Shown here piece after piece: positions 27,142 to 41,100 of a stretch of 64,000 bases of DNA. A model generated the notes under the pieces. The model ran no database searches and was not told the origin of the DNA. It saw only the letters and a list, made by a program, of their open reading frames with translations. The position numbers were made by a program, and so were the translations under genes. Origin of the DNA: Schmidtea polychroa (Eukaryota); the NCBI GenBank assembly GCA_044892525.1, contig CM097885.1, positions 160,270,001-160,334,000 of the forward strand. The letters run 5' to 3'. The stretch's first letter is position 1, and the number at the start of each line of letters is the position of its first letter.

Positions 27142-27385
27142 TAAAACAATGGTAAAAATAAATTATGGAAAATCAGTATTACTTATAATCCATGAATTTT
27201 ACATTGAAAGGAGCACGGTTTATAATTGAATAAAAAATTAAGGAGATATGATAAATTATAAGTATAAAATTAAAAATAAAATATTAACTATATAAAGATA
27301 ATTATATAAAATATTTAAAAAATAATATTTTCAAATTAACATTTTAAATGTATAATGTTAAAAGTTTAAAAATATAAAATAATCA

Positions 27386-27527
27386 TTTATTAAAAAGAGA
27401 GTTTGAAGACTATAAATCAGTAATATATCGATTTTTTTTGATACTCACGAATTTTCGGCACTGCCTTTTTCAAGTGAATTTAAAATATATTACTGATTTA
27501 TAGTCTTCAAGCTCTCTTTTTAATAAA
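27386..27527. mobile_element. MITE/foldback element with about 40-bp TIRs; related pieces at 10655, 21800-21908, 24985 and 32270-32480
   Basis: TIR AAAAAGAGAGTTTGAAGACTATAAATCAGTAATATAT; the adjacent CAGTGGTGAAA segment recurs at the other loci. Confidence 0.75.
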
Positions 27528-28022
27528 TTCAATGGAAAAATAAACAGTGGTGAAATTGGAAAAAAAATTCTTATAATAAAATAATAAATTTAACATATTG
27601 ATGTGAATGAAATGTATGAACAATGAAATCTGTCATTCTGAAAATATCAATATTTGACACTTAAAAACCTTCTCAAATATATTGCGTGTTTTAATAATAT
27701 TGTAAAAAAAATCAATTATTGGAAATTGTTTATTTTATGGACGTGAGAAATAAGAAATTCACGGTAGCCAATACAAATGAAAGTGAATCAAAGCCATTAA
27801 AACACTTCCTTATATATTTTTAAACGTATTTGAAACCTTTTTATATAATGTTGACATAAACTTTAGCCAAAAATTAAATTGACATTTCCCATTAACTAGA
27901 AAATAAATCAACTGAATAATATTTTCATTTTTACTACCTAAAAACTCCGAATAAACACAAGTCAACTGTACCATATGTAAAGATCACTGGTTTTAAAATA
28001 TACATTTCTTAGAACGACTTAC

Positions 28023-31000
28023 CTACAAAATCCTGACATAGAACTAGTGATGCTCGAATTCCTCTACCTTTAAGAGTAACAACGAAATCACAAGCTTGGA
28101 TTAAACTGAACAAAGACGGATAGCCATAGTTTTGGCATTTCAATGGAATTCCGTAATGTTGTTCATAGAATCCTTCCAACTGAATTAATGGCATTTTGCA
28201 TTGATTGAATCTCATCAGATCTTTTAAATCCCTTGAAAACAAAATAAGAGGCTTTAGTCGAATGTGTAAACCACTAGAACCTGGATATTGAAGGAGAGAA
28301 CTATCATTAACTATCTGAAGAATTAAAAAGATTGGTAGTTTACTGCAAATTTAAAAATTCAATTTCATTATAAACTGTCATTATTCATGTTTAACGCTTT
28401 GGCTACCATTATGTTACACCATGCATGACATGCCAAAAAGAACATAATTCTGATTGGCTCTTTACATCTCGGTTTGAATTCTGGATGCACTCAGTTTCTC
28501 TACACCAAACACCACTGAGATACATTCTCTATAGTGGTGGTTGGCGTGTAAAGCAATTCACTCACTGAATTTACCGATTGGCTATATTTACCAATTAATC
28601 ATCATCAATTTGAATATGAATTTGATGTTTTTTGGAAATTTATTTTAGCCATTTTAGAAATGGCTTTCAGGTAAGATATTTAATTTTAAGTAAAGTTTAA
28701 GTCTTGAATTTTGATCCATATAGATATGAGATCATTATTCAAGTTCTTAAATATTACTTTTAATCAACAATATAATTATAAATTATTTTTAATTAATTTT
28801 CAGGCTTTTTAGGAATTTTATGTCTTTTACTAAAGTATTTTGGAATTATTTCGAAAAAATGTGAGTCCAATATATTTTTAATTATAATTAATTAAATAAA
28901 TCAATCAATGTATTTTTTTAAAACATTTTGGGAAAAATCGCTGATTAGAATAATTTTTTTAATTTTTGTAATTTTTTTTCTGAGCTCAATATGAGGGGAT
29001 TCTTAAAGGAAATCAAATCTGGAGTAAAAAGATTTTGAACCAAATTCATCTGCTCTTGATATTTTCATTAAAAATATAATTTAAAAAATTTTCAACGATC
29101 TTTTTTTTCTAAAAATTGTCTAAAATAGAATTATTATAGAAACGTATCTCATCGTTACAATTTTACGAATCAAAAGTTTGTATGTATTTTTTATTATGTG
29201 TTGTGCTTGTGTGCATTTTTTAATTTTCCTTCCACTTTTCAGATTTCTATAATATAAGATGTATCTCATTGAGCTATAAATGAGAACATCAACCTGAAAT
29301 CAAAGTAAGTATGTATGTTTCTATAATGTAAGATTATTGATTTTTTTGTTATATTATAGGAAATGCATCTCAGTGGTGTTTGGTGTATACTGATGGGTAC
29401 TTAATGTCTTAATATATGTGCTTAAGTTGAAGTGTTTAAAATTATTTACCAACATTCCTTTTACCTAGTTACTATTTCCATAACCAATGCCGCTTCCACA
29501 CAGCAAGCAAAGGATACGTCACACCGAGCACCATACGCGAAGGGCGTTGAAATCATCTTGCAAACACTTTAATTTAAAAATTTGCTTCTATGAAAACAAG
29601 AAAAATAAATTTATCGTAGATACCTTTTACTATTTAAATTTTTTATGACTGTTATATATTAATATAATTATATATTATATCTGTACTATTTATACTTAAA
29701 AATAAAATGTGATATATTATAATAATACTTATAAGCGCTCAAGTATTTTCCTATTACCTGTTTTATAGTTTCTGATGAAAATATATCGCCAATAACTTCA
29801 TTATGACGCCAAAACAATCTTTGGGTCAGGCGACATGACCCTATTTTTTGTTCACGTGTGAATATTTTAATAGTGAATAACTACATAAAATGACTTCGAA
29901 ATCAATGTTAAGGACGAGTAAAACCTGAGATAAATCGAATGCAATGAGGCCAAGAGCTGGAGATTTTTGATAAGTTTGTGAAACCAGTATAATTTGAGAA
30001 CCCCTGATACTTTTGAAGGGGAACCTTTGAGAAAATTCAACAGATATAATATTATACAATTTTAACTTAATAAGACACATACATACAATCTACAACAGTG
30101 TTTTCCAACTTATGGAAGGCACAAAATTTATATTTTTGTAAAAATGGTTGGGAAACACTGATATAGGCATTCCGAAAAAAATTATTTTTTGTCGTAATTA
30201 GCACAATGAAAATTTATAAGTGGAAATATATTACTTGAATTATATCTTGCATTTCATTTTGAATAAGCATTAAATTTGGTTCTTCCCGATATTTATATCG
30301 ATATTTTTCCAAAAATTGGTAGTCCGGTAGAGAGCCAGATGGAATTTCTAGCAAAACTAGTAAAACTTTGTGAACTATGTATTTGACGTGATTGCGATCT
30401 GCAAGACAGACAAACATTTCACTTTGTTCGACTAACGCCTCTTTATCTTCAGGATCAGATGAAAGGGGCACTTGTTCTGTTGATTCAACAGGTGTATTAT
30501 AGGTTTTCGTTTTGCAATTTGGAGATATGGTAGAATAGTTCTGGATTTTCGCGATTTTCGGAACTTTTTCAAACAATTGTTGCAATGACAAAACTGCGTA
30601 ATCCTCCAAATTGAGAACATATCCAAAGGTTTTTAAATAGAAGTTAGGAAACTCAGACAATTGAATTCGCTTATTAAAACTCTTTTCTAAAAGATTTAAC
30701 GTTTGTTCTGCTAATGCTCGTAACATTTCATATTGAGTAAGTATGACATATTTTTCACCATGTTCTTCAATAATCTATAATAGTATATTAATATTGAAAT
30801 ATAATAATATTATTTAATGGGCTAGAATCCAAGAAATATAATAATATTATTTAATGGGCTAGAATCCAAGAAATTTAAAATTTGTTTAACTGCGTCAAAA
30901 AAACCACACGCGCTCGCATTAAGTTAAATTAAAATATATGATCATATATCAAGTAATACAAAATAAAATGATGAAACACAAGAAGACGCAAGCACCAAGA

Positions 31001-31986
31001 TAGTTTAGAGTAGAGTTGCCACCTCTCCGAGTTTCATTGAGTTATCTCCGGGCTCCAGGTTTAGCTATTATTTCTCCGGACGACGATGTAACATTGAATA
31101 TGCGCAAAATTATGTCAATTCCATCTCGCGGCAGCCGATACAACTAACACTCTTTCGCGCCAATACATCGCTACTGCGGAGACGATCGACGCGCACATTC
31201 GATTGCACCGTTCATATTAACACGACGCGCGAAAGCACGTGGATAAAGAATCTCTTTTGGACCTGTTCAGTCAAGGCTACATTGATGATAGTCTAATATA
31301 GTTAGATAATCCGTGCTCCGTGTTGATTGATGATGAAAGGTAAGTTATATTGATAGTTACTTTACACGTAATTAAATTGATGCTGATTTTAATAGGCTGA
31401 TAGAAATTCTATTCAATTAATTATAGTGTAAAGTCTAGGGTTGCCACCTCTCCGGGTATGGCCCGGAGACTCTGGGTTTCAGTGAGTTATCTATGGGCTC
31501 CGGATACTGTCTACGGGCGAGACCCAGATCTGAGGTAACAACCCTTAGTTATGAGCAAAATAAAAAAATAAAATAGGAATATGAAAAGTTAGAAAAGATT
31601 TATATGCGAAGGAACTATGAAACAGAATGCAAAAGAGAAAACCGAGCAGAGGTTAATTAAATAATAATTTTAGAAAAATTCCCAAGTAAAATAACGATAA
31701 GATCCGCTGAATAAATTTAATATAAAAGAATTAATTTAATTTAATTCTAAAATAAAATAGATACCGTATTTTCCGGAGTGTAAGTCGCTACTTTTTTTCT
31801 ATTTAAAGACTAGTGCGATAAATACAAGGCAGTATATGATAAATATTTTATTGTTTTAGAAACTTATATGATAAATCACTGAAATGAATGCAAAAGAATT
31901 CCACAGATAATGCGTAGGCGGACACCAAAAATTAGTATAAACAGTAGAGATGGGTAATAATAATTACTTTCATTAATTAATAATTT

Positions 31987-32039
<53 letters not shown>

Positions 32040-35000
32040 ATTATTAACATTTCTTCCTTCCAAAAGTCAAAATAACAAAGTTTTTTATAGAAAAAATATA
32101 TAAATTACCAAGTTGCAATAACAAGTACAATTATTAATTATCACAACATTGTTGGTAAATCATATGATATTTCTTCCAAATAGTGCATTATAAACAGTAT
32201 AGAAAGAAAAAATTAAATTTCAAAAAGTATTAAATGTACTGAAATCAAATTTATATATATTATATATAGATTTATAGTCTCCAGGCTCTCTTTTTAATAA
32301 ATTCAATGGAAAAAATAATCAGCGGTGAAATTAAAAAACAAGTTCTTATAATACTATATTTTTACAGTTAATTTTTTTCTACTTATTATATTTTCACTGA
32401 AAAAAGGCAGTGCTGAAAATTCGTGAGTATCAAAAAACATCGATATATTACTGATTTATAGTCTTCGAGCTCTCTTTGTAAAAATATAATTTTTAAAACT
32501 CTATATCTAACTCTTACATTCTCTCAAAATTATAATTTCAATATGCATGCTCAATTCTATGAAATATTTAATATTACGCAAAATCACCTAGTTAAGAAAT
32601 TACTTTGAAAGGAACATTTTATTAATATTATGAAAGAAATTTTGAAAATATTATTTAAATTGAATATTTTCAAAAACGTTAATTATAGTACTTTCGATCG
32701 ATCTGAAATTTTGAAAGAATACATTGTTCTCGATGACAAATCTATCTGCCAAATTTCAGCTCGATCCGATCATGGGAAGAGTTAATTTGTCGTCACAAGA
32801 TTTGCATGGCCATACAAACATTCAAACATACATACAAAGTGAAGTTAATATAGAAAGAGTAAAAAAGGAATAAACAATGATAAACAACTTTATTCATTTA
32901 TGTAAATTAAAAATTATTTATTCAACATTTTAATTAAATAATTTTTCATAATTATGTTTAAAATACTCGATTAAACCCGTATAATCTTCAGAATCCTTTC
33001 AATTTCATCAATTCTACACCTAAATCCGAAATATAAAAGTTTCTATAATCTAAAAAAAAATCGATGAAATTATAGTATAGTAACACACAAACTTACCTGT
33101 GTGTAAAAATTTAATGTTCCAAAAGTTAAAAGTTTTATTATAGGAATTGAGAAAGTGACAGAAAAATAATTTTACATACAAACACAGCACACATAATACA
33201 CCAAACACCACTGAGAACCGCTTCCTATAATATAACAAAAAAATAAATAATCTTACATTATAGAAACATACATACTTACTTAGATTTCACGTTGATGTTC
33301 TCATTTAGAGTGCAGTCAGATACAGCTTATACTATAAAAATCTGAAAATTCGAAGAAAAATTAAGAACTCCACACAAACACAACACATACTAAAAAACAC
33401 ATAAAAACTTTTGATTCATCGAAATGCACCGCTGAGATACGTTTCTATATAATTCTATTTTAGACAATTTTTAGAAAAAAAAATATCGCTGAAAATTTTT
33501 TAAAATATATTTTTAATGAAATTTTCAAGAGCAGATGAATTTGGTTCAATGTCTTTTCAATCCAAGTTTGCTTTCCTGAAAGAAGCCTCTCATATTGAGC
33601 TCAGAAAATAATTACAAAAATTAAAAAAAATTATTATATTCATATTCGGCGATTTTTCCCAAATTTTTTAGAAAAATACATATTTTTGGTAATTGATTTA
33701 TTTAATTATAATTAAAAACATCTGACTCATATTTTTTCGAAATAATTAGAAAATACTTATAAATAAATGTCATAAAATTCCTAAAAAACCCTTGAAAATT
33801 AATTAAAAATAATTTATAATTATACTGTTGATTAAAAGTAATATTTAAGAACTTGAATAATGATCTCATATCTATATGGATCAAAATTCAAATCTTACCT
33901 GAAAGCCATTTGAAAAATGGCTAAAATAAATTTCCAAATGAGAAATCATGATTCATTAAATTGGTGAGTGAAAAATTGCTCTACACGCCAACCGAATGTA
34001 TCTCAGTGGTGTTTGGTGTAGTGGCGGTTGGCGCGTAGAGCAATTGCTCACTCACCGATTCATTTACTCATCATCACTTTTTATTCACATTTATTCATTC
34101 ATCATGAATTTGAAATTTATTTTAGTAGAGTAAGTATGTATGTTTCCATAATGTAAGATTATTGATTTTTTATTATATTATAGAAAACGGTTCTCAGTGG
34201 TGTTTCGCTTTTTTATTGCGAAAATTAGAAGTAATTAACATATTGTTAACATATCATTATTTTTAATATATTAAAAATTCATGGGGAAAAAATTTAGATT
34301 TTGAATCGGACAACTCGACTTTGAACTTTCGAGAAAAGGACGACAAAACATCGTAAGAACTGTTTAAAAATATTTTTGAAGTTAATATTTTTTTATATTT
34401 CTAGATATTTCTCTGGAAACGCTACCTTTTTGCGGAGGTGAAGAATTGACAATTTAAGATTTTTTTATTTAATTACAAATAATTAAAATATTTTACAGTA
34501 TATCAGATATTTCTTGTCAAACGACTTTGTGTGAAGGTAGCATTTCTAATATTCAACAAGTTCCATCGACATCTTTGGATTTGCAGAAAAAAAATCTAAA
34601 ATCGTAAATTTTAATAACTTGAATAAAAAAAAATAAGTTCATAGAATTTCAAAAAATGACAAAATTCGCCATATAAATGAGCTGGAGAAAGAAGATTACA
34701 AAAACTTAAAAACCTACGCTGCTTCTTTCTCAATTGTCTTAAAAAATTAATGTGTTTGGTGATTTCTTTATTTATTTAAAGTTAAAAATATATCTAACTT
34801 ACATTTTATCGAAATAATTCCAAATAAATTCATAAAATGTCATAAAATTCCTAAAAAACCTGAAATTTAATTATCAATATTTTATATTCTAAATGCTGGT
34901 TAAAAGTAATAATTGAGAACTTGAATAATGATCTCATAATTATATAAAATCAAAATTCAAGTCTTAAAAATTACTTAAAATTAAAAAAATTACCTGAAAA

Positions 35001-37850
35001 CGATTTTTCAAAAATGAAGTTAAGTAATCATTGTCACTGGTGTGCACACCAACGTATATTATAGACAATGTTAACTTTCGGACTTAGGCGTATAAAAAGG
35101 GTTATTTCGCATAGATTTAAACATGTTGGTTAAACTATCGTGTACAACAGCAATCAACATATTAAATAAATCATATTTTTAATTTCTTCGTTAAATTTTT
35201 CATTTTTATTCACTGATGTGTGATTTTCAGGGAATATTACCAACGACAATAAAGACGAAAATGATTTTCATGATATAAATTTGTTTTATTATATATTTTT
35301 TATTTCATGACTATCTATTTTATGACTATCTACGGAAGTAATAAATCAGCAACCCAAATATTCAAGAGGTCGGAACGATAGGCGGATGTGACCCGCGGAT
35401 GAACAAGCTACTGATAAGAACTAGGCATTAAACTGATCAATCTGATGGTTGACTTAAAGGCCAGGGCTTGTCACTGGTCTTTAACCTAGGTTTCATGACA
35501 TAATGCTGTCCAAATATTTGAAAACCATCAAAGACTTAACAGAATATTAAAAAGATCTAAGAATAAATAATCTAATAATATTATTAAACGAGATATAGAG
35601 GATATAGAAGAGGACATTAATCAACAAAACAATAGTGAGGACCATTAAAAATTAAGCAATAAAGACCAATAATCACAGTCATGAACAATGAATGATAAAG
35701 GGACGTTAAACCTTCTATAGGAAGTCTTGAACCCGATAAGCGAAAATGCAATAAGGAGTAGTTCTAACGCAGGAACTTATCTACTAATTGATTTTTATTC
35801 ACTGTGCACATTACCAACATAGTTATTGCCATGGGTATACAAATGGCAAACGATAATATTCATGAAGTTTTTCAGGGAAGAGTTGATAGCAAATTTGTTA
35901 GCAACCCATAGAGCATTTAAACAACACNNNNNNNNNNNNNNNNNNNNNNNNNNNNNNNNNNNNNNNNNNNNNNNNNNNNNNNNNNNNNNNNNNNNNNNNN
36001 NNNNNNNNNNNNNNNNNNNNNNNNNNNNNNNNNNNNNNNNNNNNNNNNNNNNNNNNNNNNNNNNNNNNNNNNNNCTGCATCTAATAATTCAATTAATTTT
36101 GTAAATCCGTATTCAGCAACTTTGCACTGTCTGCTAAAATGATGGTGGTAGGACGGAATAAATTTATTAAATGGTAATCGGCATCTAGGTGATTGTTTCA
36201 ATAAGTCTATAACTTCTATAGCGAATTGAGAAGTGCGCTCTTTTTCTTCAGATGTTTGTATTCGTTTAGGCATTGCAATATATATGTCATCGTCACTATT
36301 AATAACTTCTACAGTGCTATCAGGAATTTCGTTTAACAAATCTTCAATGAAACATACACCATAGTCACCAATATGAAAATCTTTGTGAAATAGCAATTTG
36401 TATTGGGTAGGATATTCAGATAATCTACAGGATTTTGTGATTTTCGATTTTAATACTTTCATCATTTCATTTGTAAATCGACGAACTTGAACTTTGTGGC
36501 CCAAATAGAGCATTCGAACATATCCAGTTCCAATAACATGTACTACTTGAGGAAGGGCTTCAATTAATTCATGCAATTTTGAAAATCCGTAATCTGCTAC
36601 CCTACATTGTTTTCCAAAATGATGATGATACGTCGGAATGAATTTACTAAGAGACATTTTACAGTTAGGTTGATGCTTCATTAAATCAACCACTTCCCTA
36701 CTAAATTGATGAAGTCTGTCTACCAAAATTCCTCCTAGACCATTAACAGATTGATTATAACTATCTGAAGAATAAATTAATGTGACAATAAAAATAAAAT
36801 ATTTCAAACTTCATTATTTAAAAGGTATATTAGAGAGAAATTTATATTATTTATATATGTGGATGTACGATCTCAGTTGAAAGTATTTTTTTATACCACG
36901 ACTGCACAAACACAATTTTTTGATTACATATTGTAAATTGAAGCCATTTAAAATACAATAACGGATACAATATATAGAAATGAGATAAATGTAGGTATTC
37001 TGGCGATACTTAAACTAGCGCTCATCAGTTTCAATTCTTTCGCCCTTGAAGTGTTTAATAAATCATGTAATATTTTTCATAAATAGATAACTGAATCGAC
37101 GAATGAAAATTGGAAAAGGCCGACCACTAAACTTACCTTAACACATTATGAGCGGGTAGTGATGCGTAGGGGGCGTAATTTGCGAGTTAAGCAAAACATG
37201 AGCGTTTGAAAATGAAGTAATAGATTCAAAAGTAATAATTAAATTCTAATAAAATTGCGTAATATACTACTTACAACTATACTTAACCTTGTTTTATCAA
37301 AAGTTTGACAATCTTCTTGGAGGATCTTTTTTTTCGGGATGTAGCTGATCTACTTTTTTCCACAGTAAGTTCGCTTATCTATTCTTTTGCTACATATAAA
37401 AAAAATTTTACTTCTTTTTTGAATTTGGGTTTAATGTTTTAAAACCACATTAAATAGTGCACGATTGCATAGAATCATACAGGGCCTTTTGCCCATTTCT
37501 TTGTACGACGTACTATCGAGAAATACAACATGTTAATCAGCGCGATCAACACATTTCATAAATTTTTTATAATCATATATGCATATTAACTTCTAAATTC
37601 TTTCTTTTGTCGCCCAATTCATTTTGTGTCTTTCTACAGTATCTACTGCATTTATTTCTGAAAGCATTCGGATGGTTCTTTTTGATTGTGTAATAAAATG
37701 TTTTGCCGACGATGGAACATAGATTCCCCTTTTATAGTTTCCCATTATCCAAATAAAGAGGAAGGCTTATGTGTGTACGAATAGTGCCACAAGTCTGGAA
37801 TCTATGCTGTAAGAGTATTTCACAAGTTTCGACACTATTATAATAGTTAT

Positions 37851-37922
<72 letters not shown>

Positions 37923-38097
37923 ATAACTATTATAATAGTGTCGAAACTTGTGAAATACTCTTACAGCATAGATTTCAGACTTGTGGCACTATTCGTACAC
38001 ACATAAGCCTTCCTCTTTATTTGGATAATGGGAAACTATAAAAGGGGAATCTATGTTCCATCGTCGGCAAAACATTTTATTACACAATCAAAAAGAA

Positions 38098-38142
<45 letters not shown>

Positions 38143-41100
38143 AACCTATACAACTACTATACAACATTTAAGAGATAGGTTTTTCAGTTTATAATGAAAC
38201 TCACAGCTCAATCTGCTTTTAGATTGGAATCTTTCAAAAAAAAAAAGAAAAAAAATCAAATTTAATATAATATACCATAAGGCCCGTCGGGCATTAGGGG
38301 AGAGATTCTCGACCCTCTGATGTCTAAAGCTTTTGAGTTCATTCCAGTGAACGCTGAGCCAGCGCTCGAGCGTTAAACGAGAGATCTGATGGGTTGATGT
38401 TGAGGTATTGAGTCTTCCAGAATCAGGCGCCAATTCTTTTTGATATAATAAGAATATATTGGATACAGATATGGTTATGCACTGAAATACTATAATATAT
38501 ATAGGATATAGTTGGTGAGTTTTGGTAGTCCAGGGGTAGTGGTTGGAAGGTAGTGGATGGAAGATAGTGGATGGAAGGTAGTGGATGGAAGGTAGTGGAT
38601 GGAAAGTAGTGGATGGAAGGCAGTGGTTGGAAGGTGAAGGTTCGTTGAAGGTAGTGGTTGAGAAAGTTGTGGGTCGTTAACAGGTCGTGGTAGGTAGAAA
38701 AGGAAGTGGTTGGTAGAAAAGGTAGTAGATAGATGGTGGAAGTGGTTGGTTTATAGGTATTGGTTTATCGGTAGTGGTTAGTAGGTGGTGGTAGTGGTCG
38801 AGAGTCAGAGATTAAAGGTGGTAGTTAAAAGGGTGGTATTTAAAGGGTATTAGTTAAGGGGGGTAGTTAAAGGTAGTAGTTAAAGGTAGTAGTTAAAGGT
38901 AGTAGTTAAAGGTAGTAGTTAAAGGTAGTAGTTAAGGGTAGTAGTTAAGGGTAGTGGTTAAGGGTAGTAGTTAAAGGTAGTGGTAGAAGGGTAGTGGAGG
39001 TATGGGATTGGATGAAAGGTTGTGGTTAGTTGAAAGGTAATGGTTGAAAGTTAATGGTTGAAAGGTAGATGTAGTATTTTTTAGGTATAGGTTGGAAGGT
39101 ATTGGTGGAAGGAATTGATATTTATAGGTTTAGAAAGGTTGTGGTAAACCAGTGCGGTGGTGGAGTTACTAAAAATTACTATAAGATAGATACAAATAAG
39201 ACAACACAACGAAAAAAGATAAGTGATCCATAGGGTACTATGGCTTTCCGGTTGGATTGGTTTGAGTGATTGGGTTAGGCTTCCATTGATTGAGTGTTTG
39301 ATTTGAGATATATGAGATGTTAGATGGGATTGATTGTTTGAGATGGGCTTCCTAGTTTGATTGGATTGATTGATTAGTTTGGCGTCCATTGAGTAAGTGA
39401 TTCACAAAAAATAACAAAAAATACAAATAAGTCATTGGAGTAGTGTGAAAAAGCAAGCAAGGTAGTATGGCTTTTCATGGTCTTTAATTGGATTGGGGTA
39501 TTGGTTTTTCATGTTGGGTGGCTTCTGATTAATATGTGCATCTGAGTGTTGGACCATAGGTACGACTTCTGTTATTGGCGTGACCTTTAATTGAACTTCA
39601 TCATTTGTGTTGAGAACCTATTTTCACTTGTAATGACGCGTAGTGATCAAATAAAAATTTGATCAATTTAACAGTGTGAACTCAATGTTGCGAGCTGATG
39701 AGCTGAAGACTCGAGAAGGTTTGTCATAATTTTATCAGACGTAATTCCAAGTTCGTCTAAAGTCATTTTGACAGATCCAACAAGTATTGTGTGAACACTT
39801 TGTGGTAAAGTTTTACGTAGTATTGTGGTGCTCCAAGATGTGTATGGGTGTAATCTTTCATTTTGAGCTTATGTTAAAATACAGAGGAGAAAAACTGCCC
39901 AATGATTGTGCTCAAAAATAGAAGTCGAAAAGCACAAAAATCCATAACTAAGAATATTTAATTTGTTATAGACGTCTTATTCGGAAATGTCGAAAATGTT
40001 TACGATTTTGTTTCTCATTGATTGTATAAGTATTGTGGGTAATAGAGACATAAGAACTTGTGCTTTAGCGTTTTAAGCAATATTTTATTTGAGAAAGATA
40101 ATTCTGTCAGTAATAATTAAGTGTTCGGGGCGTTATCCTTGCCTAGGAAGAAACTTATTGAGTAATTGATGATACCAGAAAGATATCTTGAATACAGTAT
40201 GTATGGGTTGTATCAACAAGTACCCTTTAGAAATCTCTAAATAAGTTTTATAGTCGCTAAAAATCAACAATTGTATAAGTGTGGTGATCTCGTAAGTTTT
40301 ATGTTGGTACAAAGATAAAAAAGAGTTGTGTGGTAATGCGGATTTCATTTTTCAAATCAAATATTTCTTGGACTCGTGAATTTGAAAAGTAAGTTTTTTT
40401 AACTATAGATAAATCGAAAGATAATAAATTACTAAAATGATTGAAAGTTAAGATTAGTACCGAAGGTAGAAAACAACACAAAAGTCTAGAGATATGTGAT
40501 AGTTCAATTGGATGAGATATTAAATATAGTTACAAAAAGTTTTGTATGTAAAAATTTTAAATAAATATAAATATATCAAAATCTTCAAAATCATTGAATA
40601 TGTTTAGAAATAAATTTCAACTCCTAAGGGTTCAGTGTCTAATCTAGTGTGTAAGTTTTCATATAATGAGTGAAATGCCACATGCATTAAGGAGACTACC
40701 CGTCATCCAAATACGGGTTCAGGAACATAACCGATTGAAATGCGTGAGTCATATTATTGTGTAAAGAGATAAAATGTGTAAAGAGATAACTAACTTAAAG
40801 ACTTTCAAAATTTTATATAACTTTCATAAATGGAAAAGAATTTTATGAGACATTGGCGATTAAATCACATTACTCCATTATAAACATTCAATCAGCAACG
40901 AATTTATTGAAATTATTTAATTAACTCATTAAATTATAACTATTACATCATTATTGTTTTGCGTTGATAACTGTTAACATAGATTATGATGACAGAATGA
41001 TGATGAGGATAATTTACTTGAAATATATTCCAATTGTTTGATGTTTTGAAGTTTATATTTAAAGCTGGCCATCATTTTTTCGATATATATATTGATATAA

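Noticed and set aside
31280-31390. TGATGA...CTGA box C/D snoRNA-like pair
   Set aside because: No terminal stem or recognisable guide; the motifs are common in AT-rich DNA.
36995-37030. Minus-strand CTGATGA-GCG...CGC hammerhead-like start
   Set aside because: Followed by CAGAA rather than GAAA; no NUH site or stem I.
39703-39730. CTGATGAG...CTCGAGAA hammerhead-like core
   Set aside because: No GAAA after stem II and no closing stems I/III.
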